The notes below the pieces were generated by a model. The model saw nothing but the letters and a program-made list of their open reading frames with translations, did not search any database and had not been told where the DNA came from. 64,000 nt of DNA from the human T2T-CHM13v2.0 reference genome, Homo sapiens, in the NCBI RefSeq assembly GCF_009914755.1, contig NC_060942.1. The stretch is one strand, 5' to 3'. Both the position numbers and the translations under genes were made by a program. Shown piece by piece: positions 26,932-40,875 of this stretch (its first letter is position 1; every line of letters starts with the position of its first letter).

Positions 26932-27624
26932 GTTCGTTCCTTTGGTGGGGGATGGTGTCTCCCTGCATCCTAAACGCATGCACACAGATGACTGAAATAG
27001 TTAAAGAAAAAGCCTTGTGATCACCTTAGTACTAGACTACCATGGGTAACACAAGAATTTTACACAATTAATACTTCCAGAGTGTTCCTAAGGTTCTGTA
27101 GCAGACATCTGTCCAGCATCATGTAATTGAAAGTAAGGATGTCAGATGCTCATTTATCCTACAGGACATCTTCTGCTCACCCAGACAAGAGCTACGTAAG
27201 CCACTGTCATTCTTTCTTAACTCAGAAGGAAGGTAGGACTGGCAGTCTAAAACCTGTTTGCTTATTGTTTGTTTAGTTCCTACTAAATGTCAGGTGCTTT
27301 TCTAAGATTAGAGAATATTAGATCATTTCATCATAACAATATGATATCCATTTAAATGTTGAGTTAATTGAGATGCTGATTAATAAAGTTACTAAAGACA
27401 AACAGCTAGCTTCCAGGAGAGCAGGGACTTCAACACTGTAACCTAATTCCAGATGTCTCCTTTGTAAATAAAATGTGTCCTGCCTCCCAGACATGGTGAG
27501 GATGAGTCCATGTACTTTTAGCTCTACCAAAGAAAAAATTCTTCTCTAAGTACATCAGAGGCCACAGAGATCATGAAATGCAGTGATGAAAAAAAACATT
27601 TCTGAGACTCTAAGAGCCCTAATT

Positions 27625-28887
27625 TCATTTCTTATAAATCACTTGTATTTCATAGTTGGGTTTTTCAGGACTCTTGATTCCTACGTTTATATTTCTGGGA
27701 TCAGCTAATATGTGGTAGATTTATAGAAGCTGGAGACCAGGGCTATGTATAGTTTCTGATCCACTGAAGTGCTTTTGGTGGCTTTGTGACATCATTTTAC
27801 TCATGGATTTATGATGAAGGAGATCACAGTGGGCAGGCACCCAATTGCCAGTGGTGTTACAGGTGGGCAGTAATGATGCCCCACTCCTGTCTTGGGCAAA
27901 CTTCTTAATGTTTCTCCATCATGAATGAAAGTCTGAATGTTACTGGCACTGACAGACACATTCTGGGATAAGTTTCTGTCTCCCAAGTCATACCAATGTC
28001 CACTCCCTCTTTGCATATCATTAACCAAATATGAAAACTCAGCCCTGTACAAACCACTGAAGCATTTGTGAGGGATGTTGCAATGGGCTGGCTGCTGACC
28101 ACATACTAGCCATTGCAAGTGCCTAATGGATGGTATCAAGACCAGAATTCATTAGGCCATTTCAATCCAAGACTTACAATATTGGTTGTGTTGGGTTCCA
28201 AGAAGTTCCTTGAACTCAGGTCTGTCCACTGACACACCATGGGCTGGCAATCAAACAAAGCTTGTCTGAGTCACACTTGGTGGGACTATTGCCTTTCATT
28301 CCAGCCTTATCCTCCTGTCCTCCTCATGCCTACATAGAATTGGCTTCTGGACTTGTGCCTCTCCCTGTTCTAACTGTGCCTTCTTTCTTTGGGGGTGGAT
28401 TCAGCTTCTCTATCTTCATCCTTAGAGGGCTGCATAGAGGTTTTACACTTTTGCTTTTAGTTGAAGATTCTGATAGAGATGAAAGGCAAGAGAAAAGAGG
28501 AAATGGGCCACTGTATGACCAAAAGTGGTGGGCACCAGCAATAAAGTTACTAACATGATTTAATTGGACCAAATAATTTCCTTGCTTCTGGTAAAATTCA
28601 TTTTTTTCTTTGACTGTGGATAAGAAGGGCCTGTCTGTCTGTTTATAAATGTAGTTAAGGAAAACTTCCACATTTCTGGAAAAAACCCAGCTACAAGTCA
28701 AAACTAATCGAAGGACATCAACATGAGATTTCCTGTGACTTGGCACAGTGATGTGTATTCCCTAGAGGCCTGTTATGTTTGAATTAACTTAATCATGCTT
28801 TATAAAAATACCATATAATTTTCATATGTGATAATCTGGCAGCATTAAAAATATTACCGTATATTTTAAGCTAATAAATCTCTTAGG
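27625..28887 (-). pseudogene. Gene A last coding exon (about 1.26 kb, several frameshifts)
   Basis: ttattatcag|CCTA; LPDYHI* at 28842-28825 is in frame with ORF 28330..28746; ORF 27801..28139 lies within; ends ...IKSPEKPNYEIQVIYKK-TGA. No recognisable repeats; GC higher than flanks. Confidence 0.6.
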
Positions 28888-30107
28888 CTGATAATAAAAA
28901 TCAGCCTCTTATACAATGATTGATAAAACCACAAATATTATTTCAATAATCATTAAAAGACAAAGTATTAAGATGATTTTCCTTCAGCAGTAGTGTGGTA
29001 AATAAATGTTTTGTGGTAAATAGACAACGTATATTTCTACATTCTAGAAAGGTGAATTATTTTAAATTGACTAGTAATTTGAATTCCACATATCTACAGA
29101 AAATATTCAACAAGGTATACACAAAATAATGCTCAAGAATTGATCTCAATATTCCTTAAGTTATGCAAAATCATATCAATCTTTTGGAGTAATGTCAACT
29201 TTATGCTAATTTACAAGCACTACACAGGAGCTTATTAGATTTTATAAATGGCTCTGAAAGGAAGTATATATTGCTCTGAAGGAACAAAACATATTTTCTT
29301 CCGTAATAAATGCAAAATATACTCTTGGCTAAAAACTAAAACCTGGTAACAGAATTTAAATTATGACTGTGTGCTCTTTATAAATTTTCTTTCTAAATAT
29401 TATGATTTTTAACTTACATCCTAAATAAGAAATCATGTGGATGATTTTTAAAAATATTTAATATTCCATTGTGGGCTAATTACTTAGTAATAAAGACTGA
29501 CAGTTTTCCTAGGAGAAAAATCTAATTAGACTGAGTTGACTGCCAAAGAGATGGCTCCACAAGTAAAGTCACTTTATTGGTAATGCTATGCAAATTGCCA
29601 CAAAGAAAGTAGCAATCGAAGGGCTAATTTCATTGTTACATCAACATGTGTGAACAAAAGAGCTTTACAATTATCCTGGCTAATAAACTTAAGGGAAAGT
29701 TTGTGGCATGTATTTTGTGATTCTGATACTTGACAGGGCTATAAAGTCCAGAGTTAAATCAATCAGCTCAGTCAATTAAAAGAAAATAAAATGAAACAAA
29801 TTGTTCTTTGAGTGAATTTTCCCCTTGTTTACTTGTTCTTTACCTTCTATGAAATCAAATGAACAAAACTTTGTATAGATTTGTCTTTATGTGTTACTAC
29901 TTCATTACTTCAGCAATTGAATGTGGCTTTAAATGAAATGGATTTAATATGTATTATAAGAAATACACCTTGTGGTATATCTTAAATCACCTGAGATCTC
30001 TTAAAAATGCTTAGAGGCATAGTACTCATAAAACTTAAGACAGAAGATAAATGTTGGTCAACCAGATATTTATTTATTTATTTATTTGCTACATTTACAA
30101 CATGTTA

Positions 30108-30335
<228 letters not shown>

Positions 30336-30495
30336 TTAAGGCTTGCTATGTGACAAAGCATATTTAATCATTAGGAATTATCATAAAAAATGGAGCAAAG
30401 CTCCCTGAACAGTAACAGCCACTACTGCTTCTGTGATAGTCATTCTAATTCTTGATCTTGAGTCAAATCAAGGAAAGAAGCTCACATAGGCTCAC

Positions 30496-30768
30496 TTTGT
30501 TAGATCTTCAGTGTTACAAGTTAGCTTAAGGAGCCCTCTGAGGACATGGACAAGCCTGTGTAAATAGAATGAGTCTAATGTGAACTCTGAAAATCCGAGA
30601 TAGTTCAGCCTCCCTTCAGAGTGAGGTTTGCTAAACACTGAATACCAGAAATGGCAGGACCAAAGGTTAGGCACTTCAGAGCTCTGGAAACCACAAATAA
30701 CCTGAGTCTACCTCTGTTGGTATTACAGGCTTCAAGATGAAACCAGAGTAAAATTCAATTTTATATAA
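30496..30768 (-). pseudogene. Gene A exon (Mab-21 GFxLxP...W...SAE-like motif)
   Basis: ctcttttag|TTA...AA|gtgagc, 273 bp (one extra nt): LYKIEFYSGFILKPVIPTEVDSGYLWFPEL*SA*PLVLPF / SVFSKPHSEGRLNYLGFSEFTLDSFYLHRLVHVLRGLLKLTCNTEDLT; second half is the listed ORF 30492..30674. Confidence 0.75.
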
Positions 30769-31384
30769 CTAAAAGAGGTTAGAAAACTGTACTTTCTTGA
30801 TTCAACCATTATCTTTGATTCACTGCACAACTACTAGTTCCAGGCAGAAATCATGTAATGGGATACTGGAAATATTCATTCTGTAACCCGTATAGGTAAC
30901 TTTAGGCCCTCTCATTTGGTCCCACAAATCTGAAACATTGGCATTTATTTAATGCTTGGTATAAAAAGTCATAGGGCTGAGAAATGGCAGTATTGTAAGA
31001 ATATCTGGATTTACAGAATCAAGAAAAAGCCTTTACACCGGAAATGGCAAGACAAGAGTTAGGCACTTTAAGGCTATGGCAACCATTAATATGATGAGCT
31101 CCTCTCAAAAACAGTGAGAAATGAGCAGGATGCCTAACCTTCTTTAATGAAAGGTTTAATTATGATATCTTCATGCATCTAATGTTTTCCTGCAAAAAAA
31201 TAAAAGTATAACAATGTGCTATTTTTGAAAAAAAAAATTGTCTTGGTGCACCTGCTACAAATCTGAAGGAGAGGTGTCTTAAACAAAACAAACATAAAAC
31301 TGGCCTATCAAAAGAGGTGAGATTAAAATTAATGGTCTCTCTAGATCACATTTTATTAAAATTTAAGAGAAGATTCTTAGTTAT

Positions 31385-32030
31385 TTGTTTACATTCCTTG
31401 CCACAGCAGATTCATAACCAAGTACTATCTGCCCTACATTTGAAATGTGCTCGAAACCCTCCTCCTCTCTCCACTTCCCATGCCGCCACCTCGGTAGAAC
31501 CCTCCTCAATTCTCACTGAACTCTCAATAGCCTGCTGACTTGGCTTTTTCCACTTTGGGTGCCTCACATTCCTCATAAGAGTTAGAGTGACTCGTTTCAT
31601 CTGAAGTAATACCAAATTACTCTTCTACTTAAAACGTTTCATAAGAGATCACAGCACCTAGAATAAAAACCTAAAAGTTATCCCTTAGGACACTCAAAGC
31701 CCTTTGCTGAGGAGCAGCCCCTTGCCTGCATCCTCCAGCTTGTCTCCTATAACTTTCCAGGAATGAACTAGCATCCAGCCACACTCCGGCTTCCTTTCTG
31801 CTCCTTGAATATCCTCTGCTAGTTCTTGACTCATGGTCTTCTCCGTAGTTCCTTGTGCCCCAGTGCTTCCTGGTTCTCTTTGGGTGAACTTGCATCTTCT
31901 CATCTTTCAGATCAGGATGAAACACCCACTCCTTGCAGGAGGATTTCTTCTAGAATTGTCCCATCTCCTCAGTAGAGATGGGACAATTCCCACTCATAAA
32001 ATCCTGTTTATTCTTTCTACATAAGGTTTC
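31385..32030 (+). mobile_element. L2 fragment
   Basis: cctcctctctccacttcccatgccgccacc...tgaactagcatccagcc. Confidence 0.6.
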
Positions 32031-32983
32031 ATGCCCTTAAATTGCATGAGTAGGAAGTAATACCTCAAGACTATTCTCCATTGTTTTTGTATGATCTTAT
32101 TTTTAATTTAATGTATTTGTAATTTTCTTTTATACTTTTGGTATGCATCTACTTAGTAGTCAATATCTAACTTAATTTCCTCCCCCAAATAAGCAATTGT
32201 TCTTATATCATGTAGCAATGATACATCAATTTTCATTTAACATAAAATTTAAATTTAGTAAGTATTTGATTCAGATATATTCTTATTTCTATTTCCGCAC
32301 TTTTCATTCTATTTCACTGATTATTTTTCTTTGTGTTATCACTGGTACACTGCTGTTGAACAAAAAGTAATTTACAATAATTTCACTTTCTGATGGGATG
32401 ATAAACTTCTATTCACTCTTTTTTTCTTCTTGATTTTTTTCTTTTTTTCAATAGGAAATACTTTTTAATTACCACTTACTTTTCCAGATGATTTTAAATA
32501 CATATTATCCATTCTTCTTCCTTACAGCACATTAATATACTGCTTATCATTTACATATGTAAACACACATATATATACCACATACATATATAGCAGGAAA
32601 ATTTGGATAGATTTAACAATATTGAGTTATCTCTTCCAGAGGCATGCTGTATCTTATTTGTTATATTTACTACTAGAAATGTTACAATATTTTGAATTAT
32701 GAGTATGACTGGAGTTTCATAAACTTTAATAATAATGTTTATATGCAATAATAATAATTATAAATTATTACTATAAAATAATATATAAAATTTATTATTA
32801 TAAAATAATAAAAATAATTGCTGTTTATATGCAATATAATTATTCTTACATCATCTCATTTCACAGAAATTTGTTGTTTACCCATTAGTTCTAAGTTTTA
32901 AACTGAGTCTTTTTTTGTATCCAGCCATATTGACTGTAAATAATTATATTTTGTATTATTCAAGTCTGACTTTTTTTTACTAA

Positions 32984-33308
<325 letters not shown>

Positions 33309-33691
33309 TGAGGACTAGATTTTTAAAACATTAAAGAATCACAGTGTTGATCCTTACCTTGTGGATGTACTTGAATATTTTTCTGTTGAATATAATTTTT
33401 AGAATTAGCTGGTTTCTTATAAATACATGCTTAGGAAGTGCTCTTTTATTTATAATTTCCTTAAATTAAAAAAAATAATGGCTAATATTGCTAATCAAAA
33501 TTTGTAACATATAATGGATTAACCAGTTTTCTTTTCACATTGTTAATATAGTAAATTTTGATTAATTACCTAAAATTGAACCAATCTTGTCTTCCTGAAA
33601 CGAACTCTACTTTTTCTTTTGATGTTATTCTTTAATGTTCTAGATTTTATTTACAAATGTTGTTTAAAAGTTAGTGTATATATATATACTA

Positions 33692-33835
33692 ACCCAGCTA
33701 ATTTTTGTATTTATAGTAGAGATGGGGTTTCACCGTGTTGACTAGGCTGGTCTCAAACTCCTGACCTCAGGTGATCTGCCTGTCTCAGTCTCCCAAGGTG
33801 CTGGGATTACAGGCATGAGCCACCATGCCTGGCCT
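33692..33835 (-). mobile_element. AluS left arm only
   Basis: cccagctaatttttgtattt...ctcctgacctcaggtgatc...ccaccatgcctggcc. Confidence 0.9.
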
Positions 33836-35056
33836 AAAACTTTTATATTTACATTTAAAAACAAATATGCTATGTTTATGTATTTATCATATTTGGAAGC
33901 TAGGCTTATGGCCTAAAATGAAGTGAGATGCTTCCCAAAGCATAGTAGTATAACATAGTAATAATCTGTTACTTGAAGGTTGGTTTATACTTGCCAATGA
34001 AGCCATATGGACCCCACACTTCTGTAATGTATATCCCCAAAAAGTCTGAATTTTTTCTATGGTCATTGATGCATTTAAAATGTCTGACTTTATTGACTCC
34101 ATTTTAATAATTTGTGGAGAAAACATGTATTTGTTCTGGACTTACAGGTTCATGACCAGCTGGTCATAAAAATACTCTCAGAAGGGTACTGATCTCTTCT
34201 ATCAGTATGGTTAAATCTCTTTCTTCCTATTTGTAGTTCTTGTTGTCATGAGCATTTCTACTTTATTTTCAAAGCACCAGCATTTAGCTTTAAATATCAG
34301 TTCTATTTTTAACTCTAATTTATTAATTTTAACTGCAATTTTTATCAACGCCTTCCTCTTTTAGCTTACTTAAATTTTTATTTTTCTAGCTCTTAAATTA
34401 AACTGCTTATGTACTTTAAATACTGCCAGGTAACAAAATCATTTTCTAAATAATAAAATGGTTAAAAACATTCTTCATAAGCATTATAGACAGTGTTCTC
34501 GTTTCTGTCATTTCTAAATTTTTATAAGATTCTTTTTATTTTAAATTTTAAAATGCCTAACAATTTTAGTTGTGGCTGTTATTGTTAATATCTAATTTTA
34601 TTTCATTGCGGTTACAGAATGCGGCTTTAAAGATCTCTATTTTTTGCAAGTTTCATTGTGGCTAAGTACATTTTGTACATAAATTAAATTTATGCACATA
34701 TCATTTGACCTGGTAATTCAACTTACAGGAATGTAATTTTTTTCTGAGAAAATAATAGATTTGTATACAAGTAAATTTATTATACATTAATTATACAAGA
34801 AAAATTGGTAGCAACCAAATTGTCATACTATCCACGATTTTTGGACAGCTATGAAGAGACATGCTTTTAAATAAAAGTCAAGCATCTAAGAATTCCCAAG
34901 GATCTATCTGAGAAATAGTCATTGAAAAGTATATGAAGCAACATATTCTGTAGATAAATAAAATTATTTACATACACACAAAAATGACTGATTCAAATAC
35001 ATCTCAAGGCTAACTATAATTGTTTTGCATAGGGTTTTGTATGTTTTGTGTCTCAC

Positions 35057-35282
35057 CTTACTGATTTGGTTATAAGAAAACACTTTGGGCCAATAAATAT
35101 CTAATGAACTCTATAGAGTTGTCCTCATGCACCAAGCCACAAAATCCAAACACCAAGTTTACTAATTCAATCAATAAAGGTGTCATTAGCAGGGTTTCCT
35201 CAACTCCAGCCTTGGATGTCAACATTCAATCTCCAAATGTTAAAGACTTGGAATTCCTAGTCAACACTATTAGAAATCAAAC
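35057..35282 (-). pseudogene. Gene A exon
   Basis: ttttcctaattag|G...AAG|gtgaga, 226 bp (one extra nt): V*FLIVLTRNSKSLTFGD*MLTSKAGVEETLLMTPLLIELVNLVFGFCGLVHEDNSIE / LDIYWPKVFSYNQISK. Confidence 0.7.
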
Positions 35283-37191
35283 CTAATTAGGAAAAGCTAC
35301 TCAAAATTATAGTAGAAGTCACTCAGTATTGCCATTTTAAGTTTCATATTTGATGCCTTTTTATCCAAAAACAAAAACAAAATTCACAAAAAGTGGATGG
35401 GCAAAGGGAAGGCTTTGCAGCGAGACCCTGCCCAGTGTGGCATTCTCAAAGGTATTTTAGCTCACAGCTATGAGCTGTGGTTTTTAATGTACCTTTGTTG
35501 GGAAATGATCAGGCACAAAGAGCAAATACCAGAATTTTATTAAAGGATTATTATTGGGTTTTGAGGCATACAAACAAAACAGGAGTTCATATATAATCTC
35601 CACATTTCCCAGAATATTATGACCCTGTCCTTGAGGATGAAAGTGAGGACATTTCGGGAAGCTTAGATATTGAAAAGAAAAGTCTTAAAAGATATTATAT
35701 TAAAGTTAAAGTGACTAGAAGTAGATAAATATTCTGAAAACATATTTGATATGTCTCAAGAATCCTAGAGATTATTTCTCTAAGTTTGAAATAGGTTAAT
35801 AACTCATTTTTCTGTTATTTTCCTATGATATTAGCTAACTTTGTGGATATTTGTCTCTATGCATATAAATGTGTAGTATCTATCTAGCTATCAGTCTATT
35901 AAATGGAATCTTATAACACTGAATTTTGTAGGTCAAAAATTGTCTGTTATCAGCAATTTTATATGATTAATATAACAAACATAAGAGAAGTTGTGTCTTA
36001 TACAAGACTGATCTTTCGCAGACCAGCCTCTGAGAAAAGGAGTTGCCCTCCTTTAAATACCCCAAGAAATTGACTAAAGTCTAGTACCTAAAGTACAGAG
36101 TCATGCTCAATAACCATGCTGGATCCCAGCTCACAACCATATCTTAACCTGCACAGATGAACACTGAGCTGACAAAAGGGCACTATCATAACTCAGTCTC
36201 TGATCGTGTCAGGGAAGAGCCTGCTGCATCCATTGCACTCAAACCCTAATCTAGCACACTAGGGCTGGAGTTAAATTCTTGCCATGTTATATTGCTATTG
36301 TATCCTAGTGCCTGATGTCACTAGGAGAGGAGGGACCAACACTTCTCTACTTATGCAGTTTAAACTCTCCACAGTCCAGGATTTGAGATGCATTTATTAG
36401 AATCCAATGTCCTGACAGCTTTCTGTGTCATCCTAGAATGAATGGGTCTCTGGGGGTCAGTGTGTATGTTGTTGCTACAGATCTTACTCTATTAGCTTCT
36501 ATACTGCCCCAGAAGGTCTGGTATGTGCTGTCTGTCCTGTATGTACGTTTATGCTTGAACTTTGCACTGACTTGACTTAATGCCCAACAAGTACAAGGAA
36601 CCTTACCAAGAGTGATGTTGGGACTTGGGAGATGTTAGTGGTAAAACCAAATCCTGTGTACTTTCTGTATCCAAAATACCTATAGTCTATTTTGGGAAGA
36701 AAAACATAAATATTAACATTAAAAATAGTAAATCTATAAGCAATGTCAGAGAGAATAATATAATCATAATTTGAAAGCTACAGAAAAATGCATGCATAAG
36801 GAATGATGAAAAGAAATCATTGGCCTAAAAGAGTCAAGAATGGCTTCAACAAAAATAAATTTGGTCTGGCTAGGGGATTGTAGATAGAGAAAATAGTGTT
36901 AAAAGAGGCATGGAAATGATAAAGAAGAAGAATATATTCAAAAAATAGTGATTCAAAATTTTTGTTTGGAGTGCATGGCTCACAACAAAATACAGTGGGA
37001 GATCAGGATTAAGAAGAACATCAGGGCGAAACCACATTTACTTCAACCAACCCATTGGTTCTCTGTTGAAATCCATCCCTTGAAGTCTTAGAGAAAGACA
37101 ACACTGATGAGGAGGGGCCTCATCAGTAAGATGTAAGATGAGGACTCTGCCCATATTACATAGCATGCCCAGAGACTCTCTATTTGATCCC

Positions 37192-39498
37192 TGATATGGT
37201 TTGTCTCTGTGTCCCCACCAAAATCTCATCTTGTAGCTCTCATAATTCCCACGAGTTGTGGGAGGGACCCACTGAGAGATAACTGAATCATGGGGGTGGG
37301 TCTTTCCCATGCTGTTCTCGTGATAGTACATGAGTCTCACCAGATCTGATGGTTTTAAAAACTGGAGTTTCTCTGCACAAGCTTTCTTTTTTGCCTGCTG
37401 CCATCCACCTAAGATGTGACTTGCTCCTCCTTGCCTTCCACCATGATTGTGAGGCCTCCCCAGGCATGTGGAACTGTAAGTCCAGTTAAACCTCTTTCTT
37501 TTGTAAATTGCCCAGTGTCGGGTATGTCTTTATCAGCAGTCTGAAGACAAACTAATACAGTAAATTGGTACCAGTTGAGTGGGGTGTTGCTGAAAAGATA
37601 CATGAAAATGTGGAAACTACTTTGGAACTGAGTAACAGGCAGGGGTTACAACAGTTTGGAGGGCTCAGAAGAAGACAGGGAAATGTGGGAAAGTTTGGAA
37701 CTTCCTAGAGACTTGTTGAATGGCTTTGCTGAAAATGCTAATAGGAATATGGACAATGAGTTCCAGGTTGAGGTGATCTCACATGGAGATGAGGAACTTG
37801 TTGAGAACTGGAGTAAAGGTGACTCTTGTTACGTTTTAGCAAAGAAACGTGGCATTTTGCCCCTGTCATAGAGATTTGTGGAACTTTGAACTTGAGGAAA
37901 ATGATTTAGGGTATCTGGCGGAAGACATTCCTAAGCAGCAAAGCATTTAAGAGGTGACTTGTGCGCTGTTAAAGGCATTGAGTTTTAAAAGGAAAACAGA
38001 GGATAAATGTTTGGAAAATTTGTAGCCTGACAATATGATAGAAAAGAAAATCCCATTTTCTGAGGATAAATTCTAGCCAGCTGCAGAAATTTATAAAAGT
38101 AATAAGGAGGAGAACGTTAATCCCCAAGACAATGGGGAAAATGTCTCCAGGGCATGTCAGAGGTCTTCATGGCAGCCCCTCCTGTCACAAGCCCAGAGGG
38201 CTAAAAGGAAAAAAGTGGCTTCTTGGGCCCAGCCCAGGGTCCCAGTTATATGTGCAGCCTAGGAACTTGGTGTCCTGCGTCCCAGCTGCTCCAACCATGG
38301 CTGAAAGGGGCCAAAATAGAGCTTGGGCCCATGCTTCAGAGAGTCCAAGCCTCAAGCCTTGGCAGCTTCCACGTGGTGAGCCTGCCAGTGCACAGAAGTC
38401 AAGAACTGGGATTTGGGAACTTCCACTTAGAATTCATAGCGTGTATGGAAACACCCGGATGTCTAAGCAGAAATTTGCTGCAGGGGTGGGGCTCTCATGG
38501 AGAACGTCTGCCAGGGCAGTGCAGAAGGGAAATGTGGGGTCGGAGCCCCCACACAGAGTACCTACTGGAGCACTGCCTAGTGGAGGTGTGAGAAGAGGGC
38601 CACCATTTTCAAGACTCCAAAATGTTAGATCCACTGACACCTTTCACCGTGCACCTGGAAAAGCCACAGACACTCAAATCCAGCCCATGAAAGCAGCTAG
38701 GAGGGAAGTTGTACCCTGCAAAGCCACAGGGGTGGAGCTGGCAAGACCATGGGAACCCACTTCTTGCATCAGTGTGACCTGGATGTGAGACATGGAGTCA
38801 AAGAAGATCACTTTGGAGCTTTAAGATTTGACTGCCCTGTTGGATTTTAGGCTTGCATGGGGCCTGTAGCCCTTTGTTTTGGCCAATTTCTCCGATTTAG
38901 AATGGCTGCATTTACCCAATGCCTGTACCCTCATTGTATCTAGGAAGTAACTAACTTGCTTTTGATTTTACAGGCTCATAGGCTGAAGGGACTTGCCTTG
39001 TCTCAGATGAGACTTTGGACTGTGGACTTTTGAGTTAATGCTAAAATGAGCTGAGATTTTGGGGTACTATTGGGAAGGCATGATTGGTTTTGAAATGTAA
39101 AGATATGAGATTTGGGAGGGGTCAGGGGCAGAATAATATGGCTTAGCTCCATGTCCCCATTCAAATCTCATCTTTTAGCTCCCATCATTCCCATGTGTTG
39201 TGGAAGGGACCCAGTGGGAGATGATTGAATCATGGGGGCAGGTCTTTCCCATGCTGTTCTCGTGATAGTAAATGGGTCTTATGAGATCTGATGGTTTTAA
39301 AAATGGGATTTTCTCTGCACAAACTCTCTTTTTTGCCTTCTGCCATCCACCTAAGATGTGACTTGCTCCTCCTTGCCTTCCGCCATGATTGTGCGGCCTC
39401 CTCAGCCATGTGAAGCTGGAAATCTTATTAAACTTCTTTCTTTTGTAAATTGCCCAGTCTTGGGTATGACCTTATCAGCAACATGAAAATAGAATACA
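37192..39498 (+). mobile_element. Full-length THE1A/B MaLR (LTR 37192-37559, internal region, LTR 39134-39498)
   Basis: two LTRs; internal start gtaaattggtaccag; purine tract gggaggggtcaggggcagaa; perfect TSD atccc. Confidence 0.96.
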
Positions 39499-39985
39499 AT
39501 CCCCCAAACTACTGGAGCACATCACCATATTCTTTGTGCAGAAACAAATACCAGTGGCATGGACTCCTTCACTGGACACCATGGCCTACCCTAACAGGCC
39601 CAGGTCCATTTTACTTTTGATTTCTATGACATCCTTCTTCCTGCTTAATAATTCTTCAAAAGAAAAAGGAATAGAAAAAGTTAGGAAGCAAAGTGCATAT
39701 GAAAGAGTTTTCTCATACTGAAAAAGGACTTTGGATTTGAAGTGTCTCATGATGTGCTTTAGCAAAAGCTAAAATAAAGGGAAAATCTTCTCTCTCCAAA
39801 AAGCTAACCTTGAAAATCTAAAGTCAGACCCACTATTAAAAGGGGTCACTGAAATTATTCTGTCTTTATATTTTGTTCCTTTTACCAAAGTTAAACTATT
39901 TTAACATTTGTTTAATGAATCTAGAAGGAAACCTGAAAATTGTGTGGTTTTGTTCTCCTGCAAGGTAAATCCCCTAGGATTTCTT

Positions 39986-40399
39986 TGTATTAGTCCACTC
40001 TTTCATTGCTGTGAAGAAATACCTGAGACTGGGTAATTGAGAAAAAAAAAGAGGTTTAATTACTCAATGGGTCCACAGGCTGTACATAATGCTAGTATCT
40101 GCTCAACTATGAATTCTGCTCAACTTCTGAGGAGGCCTCAGGAAACTTACAATCATAGTGGAAGATGAAGGGGAAGAAGGTTCCTCTTACATGGTGGGAT
40201 TAGGAGCAAGAGAGAGAGTGGGGAGGTGTCACACACTTTAAAACAACCAGATCTCACCAGAGCTCACTATCACGAGAACACCACCGAATGGGAAATCCAC
40301 CCCCGTGATCCAATTACTTTCCACCACGCCCTACATTCAACTTTGGGAATTATAATTTGACATGAAATTTGGGTGGAAACCCGGATCCAAACCATATCA
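39986..40399 (-). mobile_element. MSTA solo LTR
   Basis: tgtattagtcc...aaatacctgagactgggtaatt...gatccaaaccatatca. Confidence 0.9.
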
Positions 40400-40712
40400 C
40401 TATTTATTTAAATATTTTACGTAGTATTAGCAAGGGGTTTTTTTTTTTTAGATGTCTTAGTTTGACTATTATTGAAAGTTAGTAGCTGAGTCATTTGGGG
40501 GTGGCTTCATTTCATAGTGAGTATTTAAAGCCTATCTAGATGCTCTATATGAATGAATTTTAGTCTTCACTTTATATCACAATTCACAGAGCTTTTAAAA
40601 GTTCCAAAGCCCCAGCCTGGTCTGAGACAATGATATCAGCACTTTTGGGGTGGGATCCAGACAGTGAATTTGTTAAAGTTCCCCACAGCCAGTGTGCAGC
40701 CAAAACCAATAC

Positions 40713-40875
40713 TACATACCATGCTCTTGGATCAGAAGAATTAACAGCATTTAAAATTGCCATACTGCCCAAAGCAATCTACAGATTCAATGTAATCTCT
40801 GTCAAAATACCAACATCATTTTTCATAGAATTAGAAAAAAAAATTCTGAAATTCATATGGAACCAAAAAGGAGTC
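40713..40875 (+). mobile_element. L1 ORF2 internal fragment
   Basis: [37 protein letters not shown]. Confidence 0.9.

Noticed and set aside
27820-27880. LLPTCNTTGNWVPAHC resembling a thyroglobulin type-1 repeat
   Set aside because: No following CWCV motif and wrong context; chance similarity.
28470-28510. Strong minus-strand polypyrimidine tract plus CAG as a separate last-exon acceptor
   Set aside because: An open frame runs through it and the phase-matched acceptor is at 28887; at most a cryptic site.
35057-35282. Resemblance of one frame (FNIWRLNVDIQG...YWP) to NMDA receptor GRIN3
   Set aside because: That frame is out of phase with the upstream exon, and no ligand-binding or transmembrane exons follow.
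38132-38788. 218-aa ORF, the longest in the window, plus overlapping ORFs
   Set aside because: Lies wholly inside the THE1 internal region; MaLR remnant, not a host gene.
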